A stretch of DNA of 64,000 bases from an uncultured delta proteobacterium (GTDB lineage Bacteria; Desulfobacterota; Syntrophia; Syntrophales; Smithellaceae). Positions 45,121-53,674 of the stretch are shown here, piece after piece (within the stretch, counting starts at the first letter, position 1; each line of letters starts with the position of its first letter). The stretch is taken from contig CAWKNI010000008.1 of the NCBI GenBank assembly GCA_963851005.1, positions 155,199-219,198 of the forward strand, written 5' to 3'. A model generated the notes under the pieces. The model did not search any database, was not told the DNA's origin, and saw only the letters and a list, made by a program, of their open reading frames with translations. Made by a program: the position numbers and the translations under genes.

Positions 45121-45417
45121 ATGTTCAGAACAATTTTGGTAAAATTTTTTGTTTCCATAATTCGTTCATATCAGATTTGCGTGTCACCTTTCTTTTTTGC
45201 TCCGTGTTGCCGCTTCTATCCCTCATGCTCCGAATATACCATATCGGCGATTAAACTGCATGGACCGGCAAGAGGATCTTTCATGGGCGTAAAAAGGATT
45301 CTGCACTGCCACCCTTTACATCCCGGCGGTTACGATCCCGTCAAGTGGAGCCCCTCCGGCAGGAGCCAGAGGCTCCTTTCTAAAACGCAACATCCCGCGA
45401 TTGGCAGAAAGCATTGA
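45121..45417 (+). CDS. yidD: Membrane protein insertion efficiency factor YidD, with repeat-derived C-terminal extension
   Basis: YQ..VSP......[10 protein letters not shown]...AI..HG...G......[14 protein letters not shown] core; final ~24 codons and the stop lie in F/G-type repeats (45343 onward). Confidence 0.85.
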   Translation: MFRTILVKFFVSIIRSYQICVSPFFFAPCCRFYPSCSEYTISAIKLHGPARGSFMGVKRILHCHPLHPGGYDPVKWSPSGRSQRLLSKTQHPAIGRKH

Positions 45418-45456
45418 ACCCCCAGCGGGAGCTGCGGGCTTTCTGCAGCGGGGTAA
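45381..45456. repeat. G-type GC-rich hairpin repeat, copy 2
   Basis: taaaacgcaacatcccgcgattggcagaaagc...gctttctgcagcggggtaaaa, the counterpart of 1-70. Confidence 0.8.
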
Positions 45457-45478
45457 AAAATGAAATTGGAGGCTTTTA

Positions 45479-47179
45479 ATGGATAAAAGGACAATTCTGG
45501 CCGTAGTCCTGTCACTTGCCGTACTTTTGATATATCAGATATTTTTTTTCAAACCACCGGCGCAAAAACAAACGATCCCAGTTCAGGAATCAAAGCAGGC
45601 AAGTATTGGTACGGCTGCCAAATCGCCCATGACTCCGGTAACGGCGGCAGCGCCGAAATCTGCAGCAAAACAAATCTCCTTTAAAAAAGAGGCCGCACCG
45701 AAAGATATCAAGGTGGAAACCGAAAATTACACGGCGATATTTTCCACCAGAGGCGCGGCCTTGAAATCGTTTCAACTCAAAAAGTATCAAAAAGAATGTG
45801 TTAAATGCGTTGACGATATTTATCCCGCAATTAAGAATTTCTTAGCCGGCACGAAGCAACCTGCCAAATCAAAAAACAAAGATTCGATAGAACTTGTCAC
45901 CGTTAATGAATCCATGCCTTATCCTTTGGCAATTACCTTTCCCGAATCAGCCCCTGAGATCTCCGCCGATTCCATTTACAATGCTGATACAACCAGCCTG
46001 GATATGAAAAACACCAAAGAAAAACAGCGTTTGGTATTTTCCATGATTTTTAATGGCAAAATTAAAGTGGAAAAGATTTTTACATTCAATCCCGATAATT
46101 ATTCGATCGCGCTGGATGTAAAAATATCTAACCTTACAGATTCCACTCTGACCCAGATACCGCATCTTAACTGGTATGAGTATGTTGATCCGAAGCAAGT
46201 AATAGATAGATACAGTAAAGAAGGGCCTGTAGCCTACGTGTCCAAATCCATTAAGCGTAAGAAGGTCTCGGATCTGTCGGCTGATACAAGTCTCGGTCCT
46301 GATGTTTCCTGGGGCGGATTTGAAAAGAAGTATTTTATGGCCGTAGCGATACCGCAAGATCCGTCTCTGACCAGCATGAACATGTCCAAAGACAGCAATA
46401 ACATGGTCTCTGTAGATATTAAAGGAAACAAAAGTATCATCCCGCCGAACCAGTCTGATTCGTTGAATTACACGCTGTTTATCGGCCCCAAGGATTATAC
46501 TCTACTCAAGAAACAAGGTATATCACTGGAAGAAGCTATTGAGTTTGATTCATTTATACCGGGATTGAAATGGCTTTCCATTGGATTGCTGATTTTCATC
46601 AAATTTTTATATCAGTATATCAGTAATTATGGAGTTGCCATTATCTTACTTACCATCCTGATCAAACTTATCTTCTGGCCGCTAGGTAATATGAGTTATA
46701 AATCCATGAAGGAAATGCAAAAACTTCAGCCAAAACTTAACGAGTTAAAAGAGAAATACAAAAATGATCAGGCCAAAATCGGTCAGGAAACCATGGCTCT
46801 TTACAAAGCGCATAAAGTCAACCCCCTTAGCGGATGCCTGCCGATGTTAATTCAGATTCCGGTGTTTATCGGCCTATACAATACACTCCTTTACGCCATC
46901 GAACTGCGCCACTCGCCGTTTTTCTGGTGGATTCAGGATTTATCGGCCAAAGACCCTTATTACATAACGCCGATTATCATGGGTGCAACACAATTTATTC
47001 AACAGAAAATGACCCCCACTACAGGTGATCCGGCCATGGCAAAGATGATGTTGATTATGCCGATTGTATTCACTTTTATATTTTTAAATTTTCCGGCAGG
47101 CTTGGTCATTTACTGGTTATTAAATAATATTTTAAGCATAGGTCAGCAAATTTACATTAATAAAAAATTAGTTGATTGA
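45479..47179 (+). CDS. yidC: Membrane protein insertase YidC
   Basis: 566 aa; N-terminal TM, large periplasmic domain, C-terminal 60-kDa IMP core (GCLPMLIQIPVFIGLY..., GLVIYWLLNNILSIGQQ). Confidence 0.9.
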   Translation: MDKRTILAVVLSLAVLLIYQIFFFKPPAQKQTIPVQESKQASIGTAAKSPMTPVTAAAPKSAAKQISFKKEAAPKDIKVETENYTAIFSTRGAALKSFQLKKYQKECVKCVDDIYPAIKNFLAGTKQPAKSKNKDSIELVTVNESMPYPLAITFPESAPEISADSIYNADTTSLDMKNTKEKQRLVFSMIFNGKIKVEKIFTFNPDNYSIALDVKISNLTDSTLTQIPHLNWYEYVDPKQVIDRYSKEGPVAYVSKSIKRKKVSDLSADTSLGPDVSWGGFEKKYFMAVAIPQDPSLTSMNMSKDSNNMVSVDIKGNKSIIPPNQSDSLNYTLFIGPKDYTLLKKQGISLEEAIEFDSFIPGLKWLSIGLLIFIKFLYQYISNYGVAIILLTILIKLIFWPLGNMSYKSMKEMQKLQPKLNELKEKYKNDQAKIGQETMALYKAHKVNPLSGCLPMLIQIPVFIGLYNTLLYAIELRHSPFFWWIQDLSAKDPYYITPIIMGATQFIQQKMTPTTGDPAMAKMMLIMPIVFTFIFLNFPAGLVIYWLLNNILSIGQQIYINKKLVD

Positions 47180-47359
47180 TATTTTATTAACAGTTTCGAA
47201 ATAGACATGGCAAAGAAATCTCCCCCTCCCCCTCTTTTACCCTAAAGGGCACGCGAGAAAAGAGGGGAGTACCTCCCTTTCGTAAAGGGAGGTTAGGAGG
47301 GATTTTATAAACCAGATGTCGTTTCTATTATGTGACCATTTATAACACGAGGTTAGGAA

Positions 47360-48280
47360 ATGAATTCAAAAGTTTTGGAGATAGAAGGAAAATCAATTGA
47401 CGAAGCCATTGAAAAAGCTTGCCTAGAATTCGGCGTGCAACGGGAAAAATTAAATATTGAAATTATTTATGAAGAAGCTGGAGGTTTTTGGGGCATATTT
47501 TCCAAAAAAGCAAAGATAAAAGCATCTCTTCTTTCTTTGGATATGGATTTCAACTTCAAGAATCAGCCGGAAGCTAAAAGCGAGTCAAAAATAGAGTCAC
47601 CAGAAAAGCCGGGAAAAGAATTTATACCTGAGAAAAAGGTTGTGACGGATAAGAAGAAAAAGCGCATAGCGCCTACAGTTTCCAATTTCAACGCTGGTCC
47701 GGTGTCGAAGGCGAACGGGTCAAATAAAAAAATAGAACCACGGGAAAAACAGGAAGAGAAGAAAGCGCCGGAAGTTTCCAATTCCGACGGCTCTACAGCT
47801 TTAAAGGCGAAGGAGCTGCTGGATGGTATCTTGCAGAGAATATCACCGGAATGTAAGGTGACTGTCAATGAAACGCCGGAAAAAATAATTCTCGATATTG
47901 AAGGCGACGACAGCGGTTTGCTTATCGGCAAACGCGGACAAAATATCGATGCTCTTCAGTACATATTGAACAAAGCCATCAATAAATTTGATAATGGACA
48001 CAAAATGATCCTGATCGATTCGGGAGAGTACAGAAAAAGAAGGGAAGAATTCCTGCTTGGTTTAGCGGAAAAAATAAGGGAAAGAGTAAAAAAGACCCTG
48101 AAGCCGGTATCGCTTGCCCATATGAATGCCCATGACAGGCGACTTATCCATCTGGTTCTGCAAGAAGATGAATCGCTAATCACGCAAAGCCGCGGCGAAG
48201 GTAAGTACAGAAAAATTGTCATTCTCCCGGCGAAAACAGGCAATAACAAGAATGTCCGAGAAAAAAAATCACGGGTATGA
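47360..48280 (+). CDS. jag: Jag/KhpB RNA-binding protein (Jag_N + KH + R3H)
   Basis: 306 aa; N-terminal EGKSIDEAIEKA.., LIGKRGQNIDALQYI KH motif, C-terminal HMNAHDRRLIHL R3H motif; follows yidC as usual. Confidence 0.85.
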   Translation: MNSKVLEIEGKSIDEAIEKACLEFGVQREKLNIEIIYEEAGGFWGIFSKKAKIKASLLSLDMDFNFKNQPEAKSESKIESPEKPGKEFIPEKKVVTDKKKKRIAPTVSNFNAGPVSKANGSNKKIEPREKQEEKKAPEVSNSDGSTALKAKELLDGILQRISPECKVTVNETPEKIILDIEGDDSGLLIGKRGQNIDALQYILNKAINKFDNGHKMILIDSGEYRKRREEFLLGLAEKIRERVKKTLKPVSLAHMNAHDRRLIHLVLQEDESLITQSRGEGKYRKIVILPAKTGNNKNVREKKSRV

Positions 48281-48351
48281 AGGAAACAGATTCCGCAGCA
48301 AGCTACGTGGTATTATACCTTACACTTTCAGACTGTGTCACAATAGAAAAA

Positions 48352-48462
48352 ATGTCATTCCGGTGAACCGAAGCCCTGAGCAAAGCGAAGGGGTATGTGA
48401 GGAATCTTAAAACTTTGAAATTATTAGAATAAAGATTTCTCGCTTCGCTTCGAAATGACATA
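48352..48462. repeat. E-type hairpin repeat, copy E2
   Basis: atgtcattcc...gaggaatct...agatttctcgcttcgcttcgaaatgacat. Confidence 0.7.
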
Positions 48463-48499
48463 AAAGTTAATTATGTCACAGTCTCATGCGCCGGGCTTC

Positions 48500-48538
48500 G
48501 CTGCCAACAAAAATAGCGCTTTGATTTAGAATTGGAAT
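48500..48538. repeat. A-type repeat, 3' fragment (A5)
   Basis: gctgccaacaaaaatagcgctttgatttagaattggaat. Confidence 0.7.
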
Positions 48539-48562
48539 AATTTAAAGAGGAATTTTTTTGCT

Positions 48563-49942
48563 TTGCTAAACCAAGACACTATAGCCGCTATAGCAACTCC
48601 TTTCGGTATGGCCGGAGTCGGAATCATCAGGATCAGCGGTCCCGAATCTCTCAAAATTGCGCGTCGTATTTTTCAACCTGCCCATGCAAACTGCCCTTGG
48701 GAAACACACCATCTGTATCATGGCGATATTATTTCCGCCGACGGAAATACCATCCTCGATGAAGTTTTGATATCTTTCATGCGTAAACCTCACTCTTTCA
48801 CTGGAGAAGATGTTATAGAAATAAACTGCCACGGCAACCCGTTAATTATCGGTTCTATTCTGACACAATTACTGGAATTGGGTTGCCGCCTCGCCCGGCC
48901 CGGCGAATTTTCCCAGCGCGCTTTTTTCAATAACCGGATTGATTTATCGCAAGCGGAGGCGCTCGCTTCAATGGTTGCTGCCAAATCGGCAAAAGCTTAC
49001 GCCATCGGTCTTGCCCAGTTAAAGGGATCACTAAGTAAAGAAATAGAAACCCTGCGAGCTTTGGTGATTGACGCGCTGGCCGGACTTGAGGCAGCCATTG
49101 ATTTCACCGAAGATACATCCACGGAAGAAATTCCAAAATTGCCGCCGCAAATTGATTCGGCGTTAGAACATATCCAATCGCTTTTGTCTTCCTATCGCTC
49201 GGCAAAAGCATACACCGAAGGCATCAATGTCATCATCACGGGCAAACCCAATGTGGGGAAATCGAGTCTGCTCAATACTCTGACGGGCAAGAAAAAAGCG
49301 ATTGTTACCGATATACCGGGCACAACGCGCGATTTAATCACGGATACCATCAACATCAGCGGCATTCCTGTGAATTTGGCGGATACCGCAGGCATTAGAG
49401 AACCGCAAAACCTCATCGAAAAAGAAGGAATCGATCTGGTTTGGGAAAGTATGACCGATGCTGATGTTGTGATCATACTATTGGATTGCAGTAAACCGTT
49501 AACAAATGAGGATAAAGTTATTATTAATAAGAATAGAAATAGCAATGTTATTGCCGCGATCAATAAAATCGATCTGCCGCCTGTATGGGATATAAACACT
49601 ATTGAACACTTGTTTCCACTAAAGAAAAATGTTCTTAAAATATCAGCCAAATTCGGCACCGGACTGGAAGAATTGAAAAAAACCATCATCGATTTATCCG
49701 GCGGCGGCGATGACAAAAATACCTGCGGCGCTATGATCACTAATATGCGCCATAAACTGACCATGGAAAAAACTCTTAAAAATATTCAGGCCGCGAAAAA
49801 AAGCGTCGAAGACGGCATGTCTTCGGAATTCGCCGCCTTTGACCTGCGCGAAGCGTTGGACAATCTGGATGAAATAACCGGCAAAAAAATAAATGATGAA
49901 ATATTGGATAAGATTTTTTCCAGTTTTTGCATCGGCAAGTAA
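48563..49942 (+). CDS. mnmE: tRNA modification GTPase MnmE (TrmE)
   Basis: 459 aa (TTG start); DTIAAIATP N-terminus, GKPNVGKSSLLN G1, DTAGIRE G3, C-terminal FCIGK motif. Confidence 0.9.
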   Translation: MLNQDTIAAIATPFGMAGVGIIRISGPESLKIARRIFQPAHANCPWETHHLYHGDIISADGNTILDEVLISFMRKPHSFTGEDVIEINCHGNPLIIGSILTQLLELGCRLARPGEFSQRAFFNNRIDLSQAEALASMVAAKSAKAYAIGLAQLKGSLSKEIETLRALVIDALAGLEAAIDFTEDTSTEEIPKLPPQIDSALEHIQSLLSSYRSAKAYTEGINVIITGKPNVGKSSLLNTLTGKKKAIVTDIPGTTRDLITDTINISGIPVNLADTAGIREPQNLIEKEGIDLVWESMTDADVVIILLDCSKPLTNEDKVIINKNRNSNVIAAINKIDLPPVWDINTIEHLFPLKKNVLKISAKFGTGLEELKKTIIDLSGGGDDKNTCGAMITNMRHKLTMEKTLKNIQAAKKSVEDGMSSEFAAFDLREALDNLDEITGKKINDEILDKIFSSFCIGK

Positions 49943-50123
49943 TATCAATCAGCCTGTAAGTTACCGCTATTGTTCCAACAAATTGATTAATAATGATAAC
50001 TCTCTTTACAATCTAGTTTGACAAACCATATGTTTTAATATATTGAACACCACGTCCATTTATAAAGAGGTTGGTTCAGCTAGAAGGCATATTACTGTTG
50101 TTACAAAAAAATGATTAAAGGAG

Positions 50124-50567
50124 ATGAAAATGGTTAACAAAAGAAATTTTATAGGATTGTTTTTGGTCGTACTTATGGTTCTGGGTGCAATGATGCTTTT
50201 CCTGGGATGTGACAAACAAGGCGGTACGAAGGAAAATCTCACTTTCACTACGGAATATCAGTTTGTTCTTTTAAACAGTGGCCAGATCTTTTTTGGAAAA
50301 ATGGAGAAAGCGGGATCGGCGTTTCCTGTGCTTAAGAATGTTTATTACGTCCGTCAGCAGATGGATCCAAACACGAAAGAAATGAGGTCAACACTGTTCA
50401 AACGCAACATGGAACCACATGCCCCCGATATGATGTATATCAACGCCAACTCAATTGCCTTCATCGAGCCCGTATCGCCGAATTCAAAAGTGGCGCAACT
50501 GATCAAGCAGACTGAATATCAGAGTATGGGCATGTTACCGCCTCCAGCAGGTCCAATGAAGAAATAG
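50124..50567 (+). CDS. Lipoprotein, unknown function
   Basis: Signal peptide with lipobox LFLGC; ATG 50130 has better RBS spacing than 50124. Confidence 0.55.
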   Translation: MKMVNKRNFIGLFLVVLMVLGAMMLFLGCDKQGGTKENLTFTTEYQFVLLNSGQIFFGKMEKAGSAFPVLKNVYYVRQQMDPNTKEMRSTLFKRNMEPHAPDMMYINANSIAFIEPVSPNSKVAQLIKQTEYQSMGMLPPPAGPMKK

Positions 50568-50574
50568 CTCTAAG

Positions 50575-50790
50575 TGGAGCTTTCCTTCCGGCAAGGAACC
50601 GGAGGCTCCCAAAATAATGCGACCTCCCGCGGATTACACCGCATTCATTACGGCTGAAGCCGGGGCATTCCTAACCGCGGGAATGAACTCTCCCCGCAGC
50701 AAGCTGCGGGGTATCACGTCGGCTCAACTTCGTTTCGCCGATAATATGGAAAGATGATTTTTCTTTATCCATCCCCGCTGCAAGCAACGG
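50575..50790. repeat. F-type composite GC-rich repeat, copy F3
   Basis: ggagctttccttccggcaaggaaccggaggctccc, ataatgcgacctcccgcgg..., ccccgcagcaagctgcgggg hairpins; shares modules with 11262-11440 and 45343-45380. Confidence 0.7.
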
Positions 50791-50872
50791 GGAATTCCAA
50801 GTTAAATTCTATGGTCAGGCAGGATCGAAAATGGTCCTGCCTGATTTTTACCAATAGAGTATGCCTACTAAA

Positions 50873-52732
50873 TCAGCGGCATAATCCTCTAGTAGTTGCT
50901 ACTTTCAATAATTCACAATCCCTCAATTCACATGCTTTTCGCGCATCTCGACAACCGGAGATGTTATCGCCTTGAGTTAGATAAACATTACCCCTGTTCA
51001 AATAGGCATAGGAAAAGTCTGGGTTGATTTTGATTGCCCTGTCATAATCTTCAATCGCCTGCCTGTAATTGCCGAGGTGTTTATAGGTAACACCCCGGTT
51101 AATATACGCATCTGCATAACTCGGATCGATTTTGATTGCCCTGTCATAATCCTCAATCGCCTGCCCGTGATTGCCGAGGTCATCATAGACATTGCCCCTG
51201 TTATAGTAGGCCGTTGCATAGTGGGGATAAATTTTGATCGTCCTGTCATAATCTTCAATCGCCTGCCTGTAATTGCCGAGATCAGCATAGACAACACCCC
51301 TGTTATGATAAATGAACCAATTATTATCAGTAACTTTCAAAGTGTGATCATACAATGTAATGCTGTTCTGCCAGTACCCGACCTGTTGCCATGTAATAAT
51401 TGAAAGGCACAAAATGCTCAATACAGATGATGTCAAAAGTATTTCTTTCCGGTAGTTCCATTTTTTCAGGAGATCAGGAACACCCCATGCCACCACGATG
51501 AATAACCCTATCAGGGGAATATAAGTGTATCGGTCCGCCATGGCTTGAGCGCCGGCCTGCACTATGCCGATGACAGGCACAAGCGTACCCGCATACCATA
51601 GCCAACCTGTTGCTAAATAAGAGAATTTCTTTGCCCTCCAGATAACTACTACGGTTATAGCGATAAGGATGAATACCGATCCCAAAACTTGCCAGGACAG
51701 CAACAACCCTGGATAAGGATAAAGGACAGCGAGATTACTCGGCCAGATCATCTTCCCAATGTAAGCAGTATAGGAAATGAAGGCATTCCCAATATGAACA
51801 ACCGGTGGAAGATTTTCAATATATGTGAGGGTTACTGTACTTTGTGGGGATATGTATACGATACTTAAAAGCATTGCCAGGACAAAAAGGGGAACTTTTT
51901 CCCAGAGCAGAGGATAGATCAATGACCATTTATGTTCGGGATCGGCTGGTTTCTTTACTTCCAATGGTTCCTTTACCACCTGCTTTTTTGTAGATTTCTT
52001 TTTTTGTTTGTCAGAAGTCAGGAGCTTAGACACTTCAGGCTGAACTTTATGATCCGGTTTTATTTCCTGAAAACGATGCAGGGGCCAGTAATCCAGAAGC
52101 AGCAATACAAATGGGAGGGTTACCAGCATAGGTTTCGACATCAGGCCCAAGATAAAAAACAGAAGGACAAAGAAATATCTCCGAAATCCCGGATTTTCAA
52201 CATAATAACTGTACGCTCCCATGGTAAGCATCCAGAAGAAAGTGGAAAGAACATCCTTGCGCTCTGTTATCCAGGCAACAGACTCTACATGAAGGGGATG
52301 TATTGCAAACAGGGCGGCCACAAAGGCGCTTGGCCAGAGTTTCTTTGTCATCCGGCGTAATATAAGAAAAAGGAGTATGGTGTTCAGAACATGGAAAAGA
52401 AGATTTATCAGGTGATAACCGTGGGGATTAAGGCCAAAGATCTGATAGTCAAGCATTAATGACAGCCATGTTACTGGATGCCAATGGCCGCTTTTCTTCA
52501 TTAATTCAGAGGAAAAGGAAAAGGCTTGTCCTATACTATTCCAACTAAGACCGGATTGTACGTAAGCATTTTCATACACGTAGGCAGTATCATCAAGGGT
52601 GATAAAGCCGCAGTCCTTGAGGGACCAAAAGGTGATAACCGTGAGTATTGCCAAAGCCAGGCAAATCAAGACCGGCATCAAATTCTTCTGTTGGCTTGCT
52701 TCCGAGCTTAACGTTCCTTTTGAAGTCGTCAC
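50873..52732 (-). CDS. TMTC-like GT-C glycosyltransferase/TPR protein, paralog 2
   Basis: 619 aa, GTG start aligned to paralog ATGs; GFITLDD, HPLHVESVAWITERKD, 4 TPR units, tail GCRDARKACELRDCELLKVATTRGLCR. Confidence 0.7.
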   Translation of the reverse strand: MTTSKGTLSSEASQQKNLMPVLICLALAILTVITFWSLKDCGFITLDDTAYVYENAYVQSGLSWNSIGQAFSFSSELMKKSGHWHPVTWLSLMLDYQIFGLNPHGYHLINLLFHVLNTILLFLILRRMTKKLWPSAFVAALFAIHPLHVESVAWITERKDVLSTFFWMLTMGAYSYYVENPGFRRYFFVLLFFILGLMSKPMLVTLPFVLLLLDYWPLHRFQEIKPDHKVQPEVSKLLTSDKQKKKSTKKQVVKEPLEVKKPADPEHKWSLIYPLLWEKVPLFVLAMLLSIVYISPQSTVTLTYIENLPPVVHIGNAFISYTAYIGKMIWPSNLAVLYPYPGLLLSWQVLGSVFILIAITVVVIWRAKKFSYLATGWLWYAGTLVPVIGIVQAGAQAMADRYTYIPLIGLFIVVAWGVPDLLKKWNYRKEILLTSSVLSILCLSIITWQQVGYWQNSITLYDHTLKVTDNNWFIYHNRGVVYADLGNYRQAIEDYDRTIKIYPHYATAYYNRGNVYDDLGNHGQAIEDYDRAIKIDPSYADAYINRGVTYKHLGNYRQAIEDYDRAIKINPDFSYAYLNRGNVYLTQGDNISGCRDARKACELRDCELLKVATTRGLCR

Positions 52733-52779
52733 TGTTTCTTAGTCCTTCGTACACTCCAAATTCTGAAAACTTTTTAGAA

Positions 52780-52830
52780 GTGCTTACCACACATTAAGCT
52801 GGATTTCAGCAGTTTTTGATTATTTCTGAG
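52780..52830 (-). repeat. Conserved upstream module U4
   Basis: Minus strand aataatcaaaaactgctgaaatccagcttaatgtgtggtaagcac, then a conserved leader cttctaaaaagttttcagaatttgga. Confidence 0.7.
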
Positions 52831-53130
52831 TAATCAGTTTTATAATCCTCCATTAAATCAGCAATGCGACGCGAAACATTCTTTTGTCACCATAGAAATA
52901 GCCGTCTGTCAAAAGGATGTGGCAGTGCGGATTGAATCCGAGGACGCCGCCGAAGGTTTGACGGCAGTGACTGCGCCGGGGATTGGGTCATTTTCAGGCA
53001 CTGAATGCTAGAGAAACACTTTCAGTGATTATTTTCACTTTCTCTTGACATTTCAATACGGTGCGTATAGAAAAAAGCCTATTGATTTTTCGACTATATT
53101 CGCAAAAAAAAGAAAAAGTGGAGTAGACTT

Positions 53131-53670
53131 ATGAGATCATATGTTGTTATTTCCTCCATGGGTCCGGATCGTCCTGGTCTGGCCAAAGAAATCGCTGAAT
53201 TTTTTACCGCCCGGGGCATTAATATCGAACGGTCCCGCGGTTGTGTGTTGGGCAATGAATTCGGCATGATCATCCTCACATCGGGAAAGACTGACGACAT
53301 CGAGCGTCTGATTAAAGATTTGGACAGCCTACGCGAAAAAACAAAGCTGGAGATCTACGTTCGGAAAACCAAAGCGCCCAGCCATCGCGACGTTTTGCCG
53401 TCGATTCCCTACAAGCTCATTGCCACGTCCATTGATCATCCGGGGATCATCCATCAAATCTGCAAATCACTTCAACTGCGGGGAGTCAACATTGAAGACA
53501 TATCCACCAATGTGGATAATAATCCCTTTTCGGGAGCAAATGTGTTCCATATGGTCTGCTACTTTTCTCTGCCGCCGGCTGTTAAAATTATCGATCTTAA
53601 AAACGATTTTAACCGCATCAGCGATGAATATAATATTGATATCCGGTTTGAAGCTGTAATCAGTAAGTAG
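53131..53670 (+). CDS. Tandem ACT-domain protein (GcvR-like)
   Basis: 179 aa; two ACT units beginning VVISSMGPDRPGLAKEI and YKLIATSIDHPGIIHQI. Confidence 0.7.
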   Translation: MRSYVVISSMGPDRPGLAKEIAEFFTARGINIERSRGCVLGNEFGMIILTSGKTDDIERLIKDLDSLREKTKLEIYVRKTKAPSHRDVLPSIPYKLIATSIDHPGIIHQICKSLQLRGVNIEDISTNVDNNPFSGANVFHMVCYFSLPPAVKIIDLKNDFNRISDEYNIDIRFEAVISK

Positions 53671-53674
53671 CGCT

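Noticed and set aside
50768-50790. Solo IS3 terminal repeat (ggggaattcca at 50777, 11076 and near 22070)
   Set aside because: The match to the IS end (gggggaattccca) is only ~10-11 nt and is centred on a palindromic GGAATTCC, so it is too short to distinguish from chance or a shared repeat module.
52880-53045. Glycine, ZTP (pfl) or THF riboswitch upstream of the GcvR-like/fhs genes
   Set aside because: Short resemblances (CGCCGAAGG, GUGACUG.CG, CCGGGGA) occur, but not in the order or context of the known consensus structures, and the element lies upstream of the best promoter candidate.
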